Below are positions 37,331-50,859 of a DNA stretch of 64,000 nt, piece by piece (the stretch's first letter is position 1; the number at the start of each line of letters is the position of its first letter). Source of the stretch: Chiloscyllium plagiosum (lineage: Eukaryota). The notes beneath the pieces are model-generated. The model was given only the letters and a program-made list of their open reading frames with translations. It was not told the origin of the DNA and did not search any database. The DNA lies in NCBI RefSeq assembly GCF_004010195.1, contig NC_057718.1:28111780-28175779 (forward strand), written 5' to 3'. The translations under genes and the position numbers were made by a program.

Positions 37331-38699
37331 GTTCTTTCTGTTAACCTCTCTACTTCAGTAACAAGGGAAATTGAGCTACAAACCCATGAAGAATCAGAGA
37401 AACTGACTGGGGATTTCTCCTTGTGGGTTTCCTTCATCTTCTCTGCACTTGTTTTAATCTTAGCATCTTTTTATTTAGTTAATTTCTCTCCTTATTCTTA
37501 TACAACCTTCAATGATAGTGTGTACACTTATTACTAGAAAGAAAGCTTGTTTACTGATTTANNNNNNNNNNNNNNNNNNNNNNNNNNNNNNNNNNNNNNN
37601 NNNNNNNNNNNNNNNNNNNNNNNNNNNNNNNNNNNNNNNNNNNNNNNNNNNNNNNNNNNNNNNNNNNNNNNNNNNNNNNNNNNNNNNNNNNNNNNNNNNN
37701 NNNNNNNNNNNNNNNNNNNNNNNNNNNNNNNNNNNNNNNNNNNNNNNNNNNNNNNNNNNNNNNNNNNNNNNNNNNNNNNNNNNNNNNNNNNNNNNNNNNN
37801 NNNNNNNNNNNNNNNNNNNNNNNNNNNNNNNNNNNNNNNNNNNNNNNNNNNNNNNNNNNNNNNNNNNNNNNNNNNNNNNNNNNNNNNNNNNNNNNNNNNN
37901 NNNNNNNNNNNNNNNNNNNNNNNNNNNNNNNNNNNNNNNNNNNNNNNNNNNNNNNNNNNNNNNNNNNNNNNNNNNNNNNNNNNNNNNNNNNNNNNNNNNN
38001 NNNNNNNNNNNNNNNNNNNNNNNNNNNNNNNNNNNNNNNNNNNNNNNNNNNNNNNNNNNNNACCTATATGTTTGTGCCCTCCAAGGGAAAGTCCAGTTTT
38101 GAAGAAAGTGAAGCTCGGAATTGAATCATTAGAGAATGGTTTCTTCAGTGTTAAAGTCAATGCATTGGTGTTCAGGCATGGTGCCAGGCCCAAAACCGAC
38201 CTGCTCACTTCCACTGTATGTTCACATCACATCATAAAACAAAGCAGCAAAGAGGGAAATCTAATGGTTGCATCCACAGATGAGACTCTGGTGACTGTAG
38301 CAAAAAAAACACCATTTCACAAAACATGACGCTCAGAGAGTTTTTAGCAATGATCTCTGGAAGAAGAATCCACGCTCCTGTCAGCATTTATCATACTCTT
38401 TCGATGTTTTAATTATTTAAATCTTCCATATTTTTGAAAGAACAATGTAGTCAGGCAGGAGGCTGGAAGAACATAGCAAGGCAGGCAGCATCAGGAGGTG
38501 GAGAAGTCGATGTTTCAGGTGCAACCGTTCTTTAGGGCTTGACAAGCATCATAGAAGAACCAAAGGGTTATCTCTTAGATGGGTGGCATTCTAATTCATG
38601 GTTCAACCGTGTCTAAACATAATGAAAGCTACGTTCAAAACTGCACAGGTAACAGGACTTAGTCTGAGTGAAAAATGAATCACAACAAGTTAGCTAGCA

Positions 38700-39295
38700 T
38701 CCAAGTTCAGGAGGTCAAATATTTCAAAGGGAATAGAGTTTAAAAGTAAGGAGGTTTTGCCAAAGTGATGCAAGATACTAGTCAGACCACAGCTGGAATA
38801 CTGTGAACAGTTTTGGGCCCCTTGTCTATTGGAGTCCAAAGAAAGTTCATTAGCCTGAGGAGAGGCTGAGTATGTTGGGCCTGTAGTCATTGGAATTTAG
38901 AGGAATGAGAGGTAAATTTATGGAAATGTAGAGGACTTGACAGAGTAGATGTGGAAAGGTTGTGTCCCCTTGTGGGAGAGTCTAGGACCAGAGGGCATAA
39001 TCTCAGAATCAGAGGTTGCACATTTAAGGCAGAAATAAGGAGATATTTCTTCACTAAGAGGGGAGTGAATTTGTGAAATTCTTTATCCCAGAGGCTGTCA
39101 AGACTGGTAAGTAAATATGTTCAAGGCCAAATTAGCCAGATTTTTAATCAGCAAATGAATCAGGAGTTATGGGAAAAAGGCAGAAAAATGGAGTTGAGGA
39201 TTATCGGTTGAATAGTGGAGCAGATCTCATAGCATGGTGGAGCAGACTCAGTGGGTTGAATGGCCTACTTCTGTTCCTATGTCTTATGGTCTTAT
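38700..39295 (+). mobile_element. CR1 3' fragment
   Basis: tagtcagaccacagctggaatactgt; tail gaatggcctacttctgttcctatgtcttatggtctta. Confidence 0.85.
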
Positions 39296-39599
39296 TGTTT
39301 ACCATCAAATCTTTGGGACATATCATTCATGCAATAAGCATCAGGGCTGATCTGCAAAAGGCCAAAGCCCCATCAAAGTTTGCTCACCATTCTGTAATGC
39401 CAGAAAAGTGCACAGAATCATGGGAATAGTTAACTGAGTTAGAAAGGTAAAATGAATGGGATCCTGGACTCTTATTATAGCAAGACTAAGAATAAGGTGG
39501 CACTTTATGTCAAAGGAAGCAGTTGCCAAATGAAACTGTTGTAGGTCACATTCTTGTATTAAAGAAACTCTCCTCTCACCCTGGGTATGGTGTGATCTT

Positions 39600-42040
39600 A
39601 GTACTGACCTTACAGATCAATTCATAGGTGGCTTAAAGAACAATAAATAGAATACAAGCTTTTGTGCAAAGTCTATTAGCAGATGAAGAGGGAGGCCTAT
39701 GATAGGGTAGCAGCCATAGGAATGGTGGAAAGGGATAGTTATTTTCCTGACCCAGCAGGGGAGAAGCCCCATGGGATTTCAACATGATCCAGCCCACGGC
39801 AACCAAGTTCCCAGCAACACAGTGAAGTTTAGATGCTAGCATTACTAAGAAGTCACCAACTATTTAAATGCCCCCATCATGTTCAGTCAAAGTGCCATGC
39901 CTGCAGGATTAAAAATCATCAAATGTCATGTGGGACTGTAAACATTAACGGAAGAAAGATTAATGGTGTAGGTTGGGGTAAAGTTCCACAGCCAAATGCC
40001 AAGACAAGATTGTGGTGGATCTAAAACCAGCTCAGCAGTGCCATAAATTCTCAAACGTACATATGATGGGTACAGAAGTTGACATTATTAAGCAGGAAAA
40101 AGTGTACTCAGCCAAGCAGCATATAGCAATAAGAGTAATAAAGCTGAAGGGAAAACTTCAGTGCCTGGAGTCAAATGTTAGAAACTCACAATTTATTTTT
40201 ATCATTAATCCAGGTATAGCAGTGAGTATTATCTCAGAAGGTGTATACAACAAATCCCTCAGTTACATTACCTCATACAAAACTATTGCACTGCTGACTA
40301 TTTATCCCATTAACTGCTTTGCAGTGTTGAATCAAGATAGTGTTAGAATGGAATATACTACTGCATTCTATTACTCATCATTGGTAATAATTCTCATATT
40401 AGGAAAGAATTTACTGAAGTAAACATGGTTAAACTTAAGTGAGTTCTTTACAGAAGATATCAGCAAGAGTATATCTGACAATGAGAAAGTGCAAAAAGCT
40501 GTCTTCAAGCAAACAGAACCAAACGATGACAATAGCATCAGCATGATATAAATATTGTAATTCAGCAGATTATGCAAATGATCATATAAAGTCATTTATT
40601 TCAAGTCACTGATTTATGTTTGAATTACCTTCCATACACAAATAACATACCAGCTTCTGACAGATAAATTAATGAAGACCATGTAAGGATATGGTGTCTT
40701 AAAGTGCTCAATTATGTCATGAGTGGCTGGTGTAAAGAGAGTGATGGTAAGAAATTGCAGGTGTGTTTCTCATGTGGAAATAGAACAAGGCAGTTTCTTA
40801 TGAGGGTTAAGGATCATTATTTCGCCAACATTTCGAGCAAGACTGTTAAAGAAACTTTGTTAGATCATGTCTGTATGAAAGCACCACAACAAGAAGTCTT
40901 TTGTACCGAAAAGGGATAGAGATAGAGTCGTAGAGTCATAGAGAAGTGCAGCACAGAAACAGGTATTGAATAGTTGGTGTAAAGTTGTGATGTACATCCC
41001 TCATTGAGAAATGGTTCATCCAAGGCCCTTTTAATTCCACAGCCAACACACAATAAAGTCATGAGATTGAATATGTGTCTTTGAGATGGAAGGGATAGAG
41101 CATCTTGTTTTGGTCAACATTTCTATGAAGCAATAACTGTTGAGTCTTTGCCTAATATCACAAGTGCCAAAATTATTAAGGTTTTCGGAGGTTGGTTTGC
41201 AATTATGGGATGGCAGAGTGTTAGATAATGATTCACAGTAACATCAAGCACACACTGATACTACCATATCACCCTGTGTTGAATAATACTCGAGAAAGAA
41301 TTGTATAGATTGTGATGTAAGTTTTGCAAAAGTATTTGATGACAAACTAGGTAGTAATTTTGATGTTTCTCTTCTATACAGACTGGACAATTTTCTGTTC
41401 TCTTGAATAAATCCACATGGTCCACATCTCAAATTGGGGTTTAAACATACTGCTAGACCAAAGTTTAACTTGCTTAAGCCTGATTTAAGAGAATAACAAT
41501 AGAGAGTAAAGGTACACTCTGATACAGCAGGTATGAAATGTAGAGAGTTTGCTGCTGGTCATGGTGTAAAATCACTGTGCTGATCAATGTGTGATTGAAG
41601 TTATTGTGAAGGGTTAGGTGTAATCACATGTATACTGAAGACTGGAGAGACAAACCATTAGTGTAACCTTGTAGATCATTTACTTGAAAGAGGAAGCTAG
41701 GCAAAGGGAGAACAGGAAAGGTAAAGGTACTGATAATCTGAATTCCTTCAGAAGTCTAAAATCAAAGTCAGAAAGTAAGTGAACGTAAAAAGGAAACTGA
41801 AGTTTACCAGTGCTGCAGAATTGACAAGTAGGGCGAATGATGTTAGGATCTTTGATGAAGATTAATTGATGTTACGGTCTCAAACATTAAGTGGCATTCA
41901 TAGTCAAAACCAGCGTTCAAATTTGACACCATTAAAGATGTTGAGAGAACAGAGTTGAATTAAAAGAAATGAAAGGAGATATCCAGACCAAGAGAAAAAA
42001 AAGGCAGGTAGGTTTACTGGAAGGAGGAAGGAAGAAGAAA
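39600..42040 (+). mobile_element. Highly decayed Gypsy-type LTR retrotransposon internal region
   Basis: Zn-knuckle-like SKCHACRIKNH (~39890), protease-like INPGIAVSIISEG and LILGKNLL (ORF 40012..40422), VLNYVMSGW, integrase-like remnants ~41060-41490, purine tract ~42020-42040. Confidence 0.55.
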
Positions 42041-42082
42041 TAAGTTCTTCTTCCCATTATTTCTTGTGAAATGATATGCTTG

Positions 42083-42470
42083 TTAGAATCCCTACAGTGT
42101 GGAAGCAGGCCGTTCAGCCCATTAAATCACACTAACCCGAAAAAGAACATCCCGTCCAATCCTGCAACTCCACATTTCCCACAGCTAACCCACCTGACCT
42201 GCACACAATGGGCAATTTTGCACTGTCAATCCACCTAGCCTGCACATCCTTGGACTGTCAGAGGAACCCTGCACAGACATGGGGAGAATGTGCAAACTTC
42301 ACACCATCACCTGAGAGTGGAATTGAACCTAGGTCCCTGGTGCTGTGAGGTTATGATCGATTTACACACAAGAAAAAAGTTTACCTCGATATCTGTGTGT
42401 GCGTCATGGTGGCTCAGTGACTAGTATGCCATGAGGCAGCAGTACTAATCCCTGAGACACCATGCCGCGC
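42083..42470 (-). mobile_element. HE1-type SINE containing an inverted duplication (42351-42431)
   Basis: Tail agaatccctacagtgtggaa; B box aattgaacc; head resumes 'tgaggcagcagtactaa' at 42432. Confidence 0.8.
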
Positions 42471-43290
42471 ACACAGTTATTGAGGGAAACTTCTCTTTTT
42501 ACGTCAAAATCAATCATATAGATTTTGGTTGCAACCATATTAAACACAAATGAGCAACTGAAGTGTTAAATTTGAAGTTTTGCTGATGTTAGTTCAGTTA
42601 CAGTGCATTCCAGGAACTTACATAATATTTCAGTTGTTTTTTTAAATGTGGAGGGTATGTAATAAATTGCAATTGGTCGAGCATTTTATCTTATTGCCCT
42701 ACCTGCAGCCATCTTTGTTCGAAATATGCGACTAAAATTACTCAATAATGTTTTTGGCTGGGTCCACATGTTAACACAGAAAAAAAGTCAATTAAGCAGC
42801 ATTCGTTTGTTCCCATGGATTTGCAGCATGATCCTTTCCGTGTACATGCTGCGCAGCTACATTTTTATGGTACTTTTATGATTCATGGCCATTGTCACAT
42901 CTCCTCAGATGTACAGTAATGGAAACTGCAAATTCACTTCCTTGTGGCTGGGGCTGTAATATTTCACGTCAATAATGGTGGCTGAGCTAAGGATAACACG
43001 CAAATTTGTAGAACAGGCATTGGAAGATTGAAAATAAAAACAAATCAAAGTAATCAGCATTAACAGATAAATGAAGAAACAAAATGACAATCATTTTATA
43101 ACTGGTTGTTTGGACTGGGCCTGTATTTCCTTGAATGGAGAAGAAAAGGAGATAATTTAAGTGACATGTTTAAGATCATTAATGGGATAGATAGAAAGAA
43201 ACTGTTTCCTCTCTGCTTGAGCACAGAACAGGGTCATGACCTTCGAGTTGCACCATTCAAGTGTGACCTCATAAAATACCTTTTTTGTGC

Positions 43291-43590
43291 AGGTGGCACA
43301 GTGGTTAGCACTGCTGCCTCACAGCGCCAGAGACCTGGGTTCAATTCCCACCTCGGGCAGTTGGCTGGGTGGACATTCTCCCCGTATCTGCGTGGGTTTC
43401 CTCCGGGTGCTCCGGTTTCCTACTACAGTCCAAAAATGTGCAGGTTAGGTGAATTGGCCATGCTAAATTGCCCGTAGTGTTAGGTGAAGGGGTAAATGTA
43501 GGGGAATGGGTCTGGGTGGGTTGCTCTTCAGAGGCTTGGTGTGGACTTGTTGGGCCGAAGGGCCTGTTTCCACACTGTAAGTAATCTAAT
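43291..43590 (+). mobile_element. HE1-type SINE nested in a CR1 3' fragment (43110-43760)
   Basis: ggtggcacagtggttagcactgctgcc, gggttcaattcc, CR1-like tail. Confidence 0.9.
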
Positions 43591-46500
43591 GATTTTGAAA
43601 ACAGGTTCATGGAATTTTCAAAGTAATGCTTGGTGTATTTTGGTCAAGGTTAAAGATTAAGAAACCAAGGTGGGTGGATAGAGCTAAGATACGATTAGTG
43701 AGGGCCTAATTGAATGTTGGGGTTGAGTCGTCAATTGGCTTCCTGTTATTGCCATATGTTCCACTGAGGATTCTATAACTCAGACTGGGATCAAAGGTTA
43801 CTTTACTGCAAACCAGCATTCTCAGAAAGAGGTGAAATGCTAGAAGTATAAAAACATAACAAAAGTTCTGGAATAACTTTGAAAGCCAGGCAGCATCTTT
43901 GAAGAGAGAAGTGATAGATTTCTGATGTTTCAGAATTAGAGGATGTTACAAGTTAACAGCTTTGAAGCAGGTGGTGGAGAGAGGGGAATCTTAAGAAAAA
44001 AGGAGAGATCTGTGATTGTATGGTCATGGAGTATGTTGCAAAGTAAATGGTTGTGATAAGAAGATTTAGAGCTAACTAAATGTGCCAAAAGATGGTTGAA
44101 TCAGTAGATTGATGTGAGTTCAACTCCATGTTCCTACTCCCAGAGGATTTGTAAATTATTCTGTTTCCAAAAACCTGAAAAACTCTTCAACATGGATCCT
44201 GTCATGAGGTTCATGTAGCTCTCTTGTTAAATAAAATTCTCAAGCTCAAAGAGATTCAAAGGTTGCTGACCTCAGCAGAAAAATTGTTCTGGTTGCTATG
44301 TGAACAGATTCAGAGACATGTACTTCTTAAATACTTAAGAAATAAAGTATAAATATCACTTCCCATCATAAAATTGCACACTTCTGGCCCATAATCTTTG
44401 ATTTTAATACCACTACACAGAGTATCTGGAACAATTTATTTGATAGGCGAGAGTCCCTTTAATTTCCTCAGTTATGCAGGATCCCATGAACTTGTTGGTG
44501 CCACAGTTTGAAGTGACAGCTTGATCTAATGGAATGTCATTAACTTACAATTTACAATAAAATGAGAATTCCCACACGAGGAAGCTGCCAGTGAGTGACA
44601 AATCTGTATTAAGCCAACGTTCATATATTTTAAAATACAGTTACTTGTGCAAAATTACATCCATCTCTGTGTTTTCAATTTGTGTACATTTAAATTGCAC
44701 TTTCCTCTTAATGGCATAAATTTTAATAAAAAAACCAATTTCTTTTATTAAAGCCATAAATTTGTCTTCTGTGCTTTGTTTTTAAAGAGGAAGAGAGGAA
44801 TGAAAGCAAACAGCAATTTTTATTGGATTCTGACAGATCTGACGTGTGTAGACGGAATTGTGCGTTTCTTCTTTTCAATAATAATACAAAGAGTGATCAT
44901 GTTGGGACAGTCCAGATCATAACCTCTGACTCTTGGTGAGCAATGCCAAAGGAGGTCCATCATGCGGAATTAATGCGACTGCACAGTTTCTCACTAAGGA
45001 ACATATCAATCTCCTGTGCTGAGAAGCAGAAAGGAATGAACTTTGCCTCTGGCTGTACTCTGAGAAGTTCTCGCTCCAGCTCATAATCAATTCATACTAA
45101 ATAAATCAATTTTGGAAATGACAGTCCCAGCCTGTGGAATGAAAGCGATGCAAAATGTTAGATATGACAGATCAATGAAGCTGCAGTCTTGTCCTTTGTT
45201 CGAGTAATCTCACTTAATTGCCACTGCTAAACTATAGAAGGCAAACAAACAGCGCAGAGCACCTACACACAATGAACTCATCTGCACGGAGAAATTTTCT
45301 AATTCATCTTAAATTGAGATTGCTAAGGTTATTCAGGGCCCAATTGTTTCTGCCTCATCTCCTGCGAATAGCAATTTTCTCTCTCGCTCTCCCATCAGCC
45401 TAACTGATAATTATCTGCAATTACTTGGCAAGAAGTCCTGGGTTTTGTCCGGTTTGAGTTGTCAATCTGTATAAAAGATCTGAAAGTGGTAAGGAAACCT
45501 TAAGCATTCCTTGGTTGGCCTTGTTGAGAGATACACCACTTACCTGGGCTGACCCACTGTACCATAGGCTCACAGAATGTTACTGCATGAAATCAGGCAA
45601 TTTGATACATCAAGTCTTTGTCAATAATAAAAACAGAAAGGGCTGAAAAAAACCAGCAGGTCTGGCAGTATCTGTTGAAGCATGTTTACATTATATTGCA
45701 ATTCTGCAACATACAATTTGAAATGCTCTGGAATATACATTTAGAAATTCTATGAATAAAGTGCTCTTTAGATCTTCTGCACGTCACTACTTGTAACTAC
45801 TTCGAGTTACTTCTAGCAGGCTGTCACATCATCACACACTTGTCTGTCTTCTACCATCCTCATGTATCCACTATAGCTCTTCTGCAAACACTTTATGTTT
45901 TGCATCATCCAATTATGCCAAGGTTGACTCATTTTCTACTGGCCACCTCTTTGCCCTCTAGAATAAATCTCTGTAGCTTTTCAGCTCTAATCAAATGGAC
46001 GTAACATTGATACTTTATTATTAGACATTAATTTTTAGACTTCTCTTTGCTCTTGCAAATTTCTTGTAATTTCAAGCAAGTCTTCATTTGTCTTGCAATC
46101 TGTATATGGAATTTTAAGCTTTTTTCTTGTTACAAGTTTCAGTTTTCTTGCTGTAAACACAGCCTCTATCCTCACAAAATTACTTATGGTTGCCTCCATC
46201 CTTTGGACTTCAGCGTTGTATTTGCTGTCTTCTGATATCATTTGTTGTAAATAGACAAACATATCACTTGTTCCAATATGACACCATCCACTTCAATCAT
46301 CACACTTCTTTTTACTAATTTATTCTTTCTAATTAACTTTGTTCTAGTCTTTTTGTTGTTCACACACAGTCCATATTCTATGCTTCTTGAGATTACTTGA
46401 TCATAATATTTTGGAGGGATTCTTCTCACATTGTATTGTCAGTGGACACGTTTTTGTGTTCTAGTCTTGTAAATGATCCCCCTGCAAGGACATCTGATGC

Positions 46501-46766
46501 TGTGACCATTTGTTCTGTGTACAGATTGAATCATTTTGGTAACAGAACATAGCATTAACATACATGTCCTTTTACTTCAAATATGTCTGATTGTTCTTCT
46601 TCTAGCCTGATACTCATTATTTGGTCCCACTGCTTTACTGTCAACATCACATTTCAGCTGTATGTCCATTAACAAGCTGATAAACTGGGTCAAACATTTT
46701 TCATTGCCTGTGAAGCATACATAAATGTTTTTGTTACTTCTGTCGGATTGGGCAAAATCTCCATTA

Positions 46767-48160
46767 TCTAAAATACTAGACAAGACTCTGGAGTTTTCTG
46801 ATGTTTAAAGCACTGGGCAGAACCCTGGACTCAGGCTGCAGCAACAACACAACAAAGCCAGCAAATGGGGATTTCTGCCTGGGACAATTGTACAGGATGG
46901 AATTCTGATTTACACCTCCACTCTAAAAGAACAATCAACCAAACCTAATAGACTCTAGCCTGAGACATGTTTTTATACCTTGGGTTACCCAACACAGACA
47001 GTATGGGGTCTACAGAGATACCAGACATTGATCTGCCTATATTGCTCGCAAGACAAAGCTTTTTACTGTGCTTCGGTACACATGACAATAAATTCAATTC
47101 AATTCAAATCAACTTCAATCAACTTCAGAAGGAGCACCAGAAACACACTGGAAAGCACAGATTTGGTGTGAAGATAAGGGGCCCACAATCTAAATAACTG
47201 CAGGCCTTGCTCTCACCTGAAACAGAATTGCAGCAGCCATCTTCTGAGAAATCCAACAGCTAATTCCAGTAGCCATTTCCAGGAGCGATCCTCAGCCGAA
47301 CTTCCAGCAGCTACTTTCTAAGAGCTAACTCCAGTGGCTATTTTCAAGGCCAATCTGAAAGAACTATCGGAGACAATTCCAAGAACGTTCTGGGAGCTTC
47401 TGAACAAGAGCTACCAGGCAGAGGCCTGTTCAAAACCAGGGGATCCAACGGCAACGACAATGACCACGACCAGCAGATCCAAGAACTAACAAACTCCGAA
47501 AACCAACCGACCTGACCGACACCACAAGGCCTCAGACACGTGAAACCTGGCCCCCCAAAACCAGCAGAAAGTAAAGAAAATCAGGTACTTACCCGATAGA
47601 TTCACCACACATCTTACCGCATCTGCAGACTCAACCCAAACTCAAAAGCCTATGCACACCGAAGTCTTCATCCAGGCTCCAGCTACGGCAAGCAGGAACA
47701 GCCAAGCGTATCTCAAAACCACATTTTCCTCAGTGATGAGGAAGACCCCAAATTTCCAACCTAGCTAGCAGGGAGGGGAAGGCAGGTGGTCACAGTGCAT
47801 TGGGCCCTCAAGGGTGAGAAGCCTGACTAAAGTTTCTGTAATTAAAGCTATGTTTTTAAAGGTTCTAATAGGACTTAATCAAGCTAATAGTGTATTTGAT
47901 AGTATTACTCTCTTCTGTATAGTTGATTGTGTCAATTTTCCTGCTTATTGCATTTACTGATATTTTCTTGCATTATATTTACCTTTTGTATTTTAAATAA
48001 ACACAGAGATGTTTTGGTCCTGAGACACCTGTCTACTGCCTTCTTCATTTCACATTCCGTAAATAAGTCCAGTGTCTAGAACCAGGGATCTGAGGTGATT
48101 TGAACCACTTGAAAATCGGAAAATAACTAATTGTAAACCAGAACCCTGCATTTCTTGACA
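46767..48160 (+). mobile_element. Long (~1.4 kb) putative solo LTR
   Basis: Ends CTTGACA followed by atta (48161-48164); atta at 46763-46766 precedes T(C)TAAAA; AATAAA ~47996; internal degenerate repeats 47235-47420; interrupts the RTE-like LINE. Confidence 0.55.
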
Positions 48161-48609
48161 ATTATCAAAGATTGATTTTATTTAAATATTATACATCTTT
48201 TTCCTACTTCAGGCATTAATCCAGACCAAATTTCACTAATCCCTGCTTCAAATGTGATATTATTTCTTTCCATTATGATTTTGAAGATTGCTTTAATGAG
48301 ATGGCTCATTAAGCTAATTGTTCTAAAATTATTATACTTCATTTCTTTAGGTTTCTTAGTAACTTAAATGACAAATGTTTTAAGTCACTTGGAATGTATC
48401 CATTGGTACTTATGTGATTGCCAATTTCTGTTATCACTTCTATTGATGCTTATCCAAGGAATTTCAGATATTCAGTGGTTACTTGATCTATGCCTGGAGC
48501 CTTTTCTGCACTCATAATTTTCAAGCCATTTTAAGCTCTGCTATGATATGTTTTATGTATTTTTTGTCCCTCTATCTTGAAGGATCATATGATTTGGTCC
48601 ACGATTATT

Positions 48610-49570
48610 CATCATTTACATAAATGATTTGGATAAGAATTTAGGAGATATAGTTACTTAGTTTGCAGATGACACTAAGATTGATGGTATAATGGACAAT
48701 GAAGAAGGTTTTCTGGGAATGCAGTGAGATCTTGATCAACTGGGCCAGTGGGCTAAGGAATGGTAGATGGAATTTAACTTAGAGGAATGCAAGGTGTTGT
48801 GTTTTGGTAAGGCAAACCAGGGAAGGACTTACATAGTTACTGGTAGGGCCCTGGGGAACGTTATAGAACAAAGAGATCTAGGGATACAGGTTCATAGCTC
48901 CTTGAAAATGGAGTCACAGGTAGATAGGATGATGAAGAATGCTTTCAGCATGTTTGCTTTAATCGGTTAGCACATTGAGTATAGGAGATGGGAAATGTTG
49001 TTGCATAGGTACAAGATGTTGGTGAGGCCACATTTGGAGTACTACGGCCAGTTCTCGACACCCTGCTATAGAAAATATATTATTAAACTAGAAATAGTGA
49101 AGAAAACATTTATTAGGATGCTATCTGGACTGGAATAATGGCAGGTTGGATAGGCTGGGACTTTAATCCCAGGAACATAGGAGATTGAAGGGTGATCTTA
49201 AAGAAATCGATAAAATCATAAGAGGCATCAATAAGGTAAATAGCTGACAGCTTTTCCCGATGATAGGGAGTCGAAAACAAGAGGGCATAGGTTTAAGGTG
49301 AGAGGGGAGAGATATAAAAGGGTCCAGAGGGGCAAATACTTCACACAGAGGATGGTGAGTGTCTGGAATGGGCGGAGAGAGGTAGTAGTGGAAGTGAGAA
49401 CAATTTCATTCTTTAAGAAACATTTAGAGACATACATAGATGGGATAGATATGGAGAGATATGGACCAAACACAGGCAAATGAGGCTAGTTTAAATTGTG
49501 AAAATTGGGTGCGCATGGGCAAGTTGGGCCGAGGGGCCTGTTTCTATGCTGTAGACCTCTATGACTCCAT
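48610..49570 (+). mobile_element. CR1/HER1-type LINE RT to tail
   Basis: tttgcagatgacactaagattg (FADDTKI), EQRDLGIQVHSSLK; tail aagttgggccgaggggcctgtttctatgctgta. Confidence 0.9.
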
Positions 49571-49589
49571 GGCTCTATAGGTCCCCACT

Positions 49590-50030
49590 CTCATTTGCTG
49601 AGATCATGGTTGATCTGATCATCCTCAATTCCATTTTCTTGCCTTTTCTACTCAACCCTTGATTCCCTTATTGATTAAAAATCCATCAGTCTCAGCCTTG
49701 AATATACCTAATGACCCAGCCTCAACAGCCTGCTGCATTAAAAATTCCACTGATTCACGAGCCTCTGAGAGAAGAAATTCTTCCTCATCTCTGGTTTGAA
49801 TATGCAATCTCTTATTTTGAGATGATACCCTCTGTTCCTAGACTCTTCCACAAGGGGAAACAACCTTTCTGCGCTACCCTGTCATGTTCCATACGAATCC
49901 TGTATGTTTCAATGCCTTCAATTTTCTAAATTCCAATGATTATCTGCTCAATCTCTCCAATCTTTTTTCATTAGATCATTCCTCCATTCCTGGTGTTATA
50001 TTGCTGGAACTACTTCAAGTGGATAGTTTT
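49590..50030 (-). mobile_element. CR1 3' fragment
   Basis: ctctgagagaagaaattcttcctcatctc; homologous to 12960-13350. Confidence 0.8.
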
Positions 50031-50859
50031 CTTTTCGGTCACTTAAATCAGGGGCTTCCCACCATCAAATTATTTTCTTGACAAAATTATATAAGTTTCT
50101 CTCCGTTTTCATTTCGTGATCTATGTAGGCTTCTCATGTTCTTTCACAACCATAACATTTTGTTGCCTATTCCAGTTACCACAATCCATTGATTTGACTT
50201 GATCATAATCCTTTCGGAGTTCACCATAGCATGTTGCATTTCCTGCTCACTTAGCATGTGATCCTTGTCCAGCTGACCGGATTGTTACCATCATATTTCT
50301 GCAAGTCCTAAAAGTTAGTACAGTGTCTGTCCATCATCTATATGTAGCTAACAAGCTTTCCTGCGTGATATATTTCTCATGTGCTATTTTTCAAGAAACG
50401 TCTTCTTCCATTGAATGTAATGGGAATCAGAAGCTGGCCTCATTCAATTTGTCGGAAATTTGTTGTGCAATGGCCTTTTTTTCCCTATCACTATCAGCAA
50501 CAAAATTGCCACATAGGGCCTAACCTCTTCTTTGTATCTACTATTCTTTGAAATGACACTCCACAACTAATTATGTAGCTTGTACTGTGTAAGATCCCAG
50601 ACTCTTCATAAGGGTCTAACCATGAACCAGACACCTTGCTAAACCCCACCTTCTGAGACCTTGTCCTACTAATTTATTAAGGTCTTCTGCCTCTATTTCC
50701 ATTCAAAGTCTTTCTGCACTTTCAAAAGAAAACATATCCACATTACATCAGACAAAGCCAAGGGGCCTTTATGTAGTTTTGCACAGTTGCCAAGTCTGGA
50801 TTAGATTTATTTATTTAATGTATTGTTTCTTATACCTCGGTACAATAAAAAGTGGATTA

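Larger units (their letters stand above)
45780..50600 (-). mobile_element. Old RTE-like LINE hosting an LTR and two CR1 insertions
   Basis: Minus-strand peptides 'IEVDGVILEQV', 'FVYL..MISEDSK..EV..', 'ARKLKLVTRKKL', 'IYVCF'; endonuclease-like remnants 50050-50520; clade assignment tentative. Confidence 0.5.

Noticed and set aside
37512..38329. Long ORFs spanning N runs (also 8478-9096, 28585-29256)
   Set aside because: Length is inflated by gap Ns translated as X
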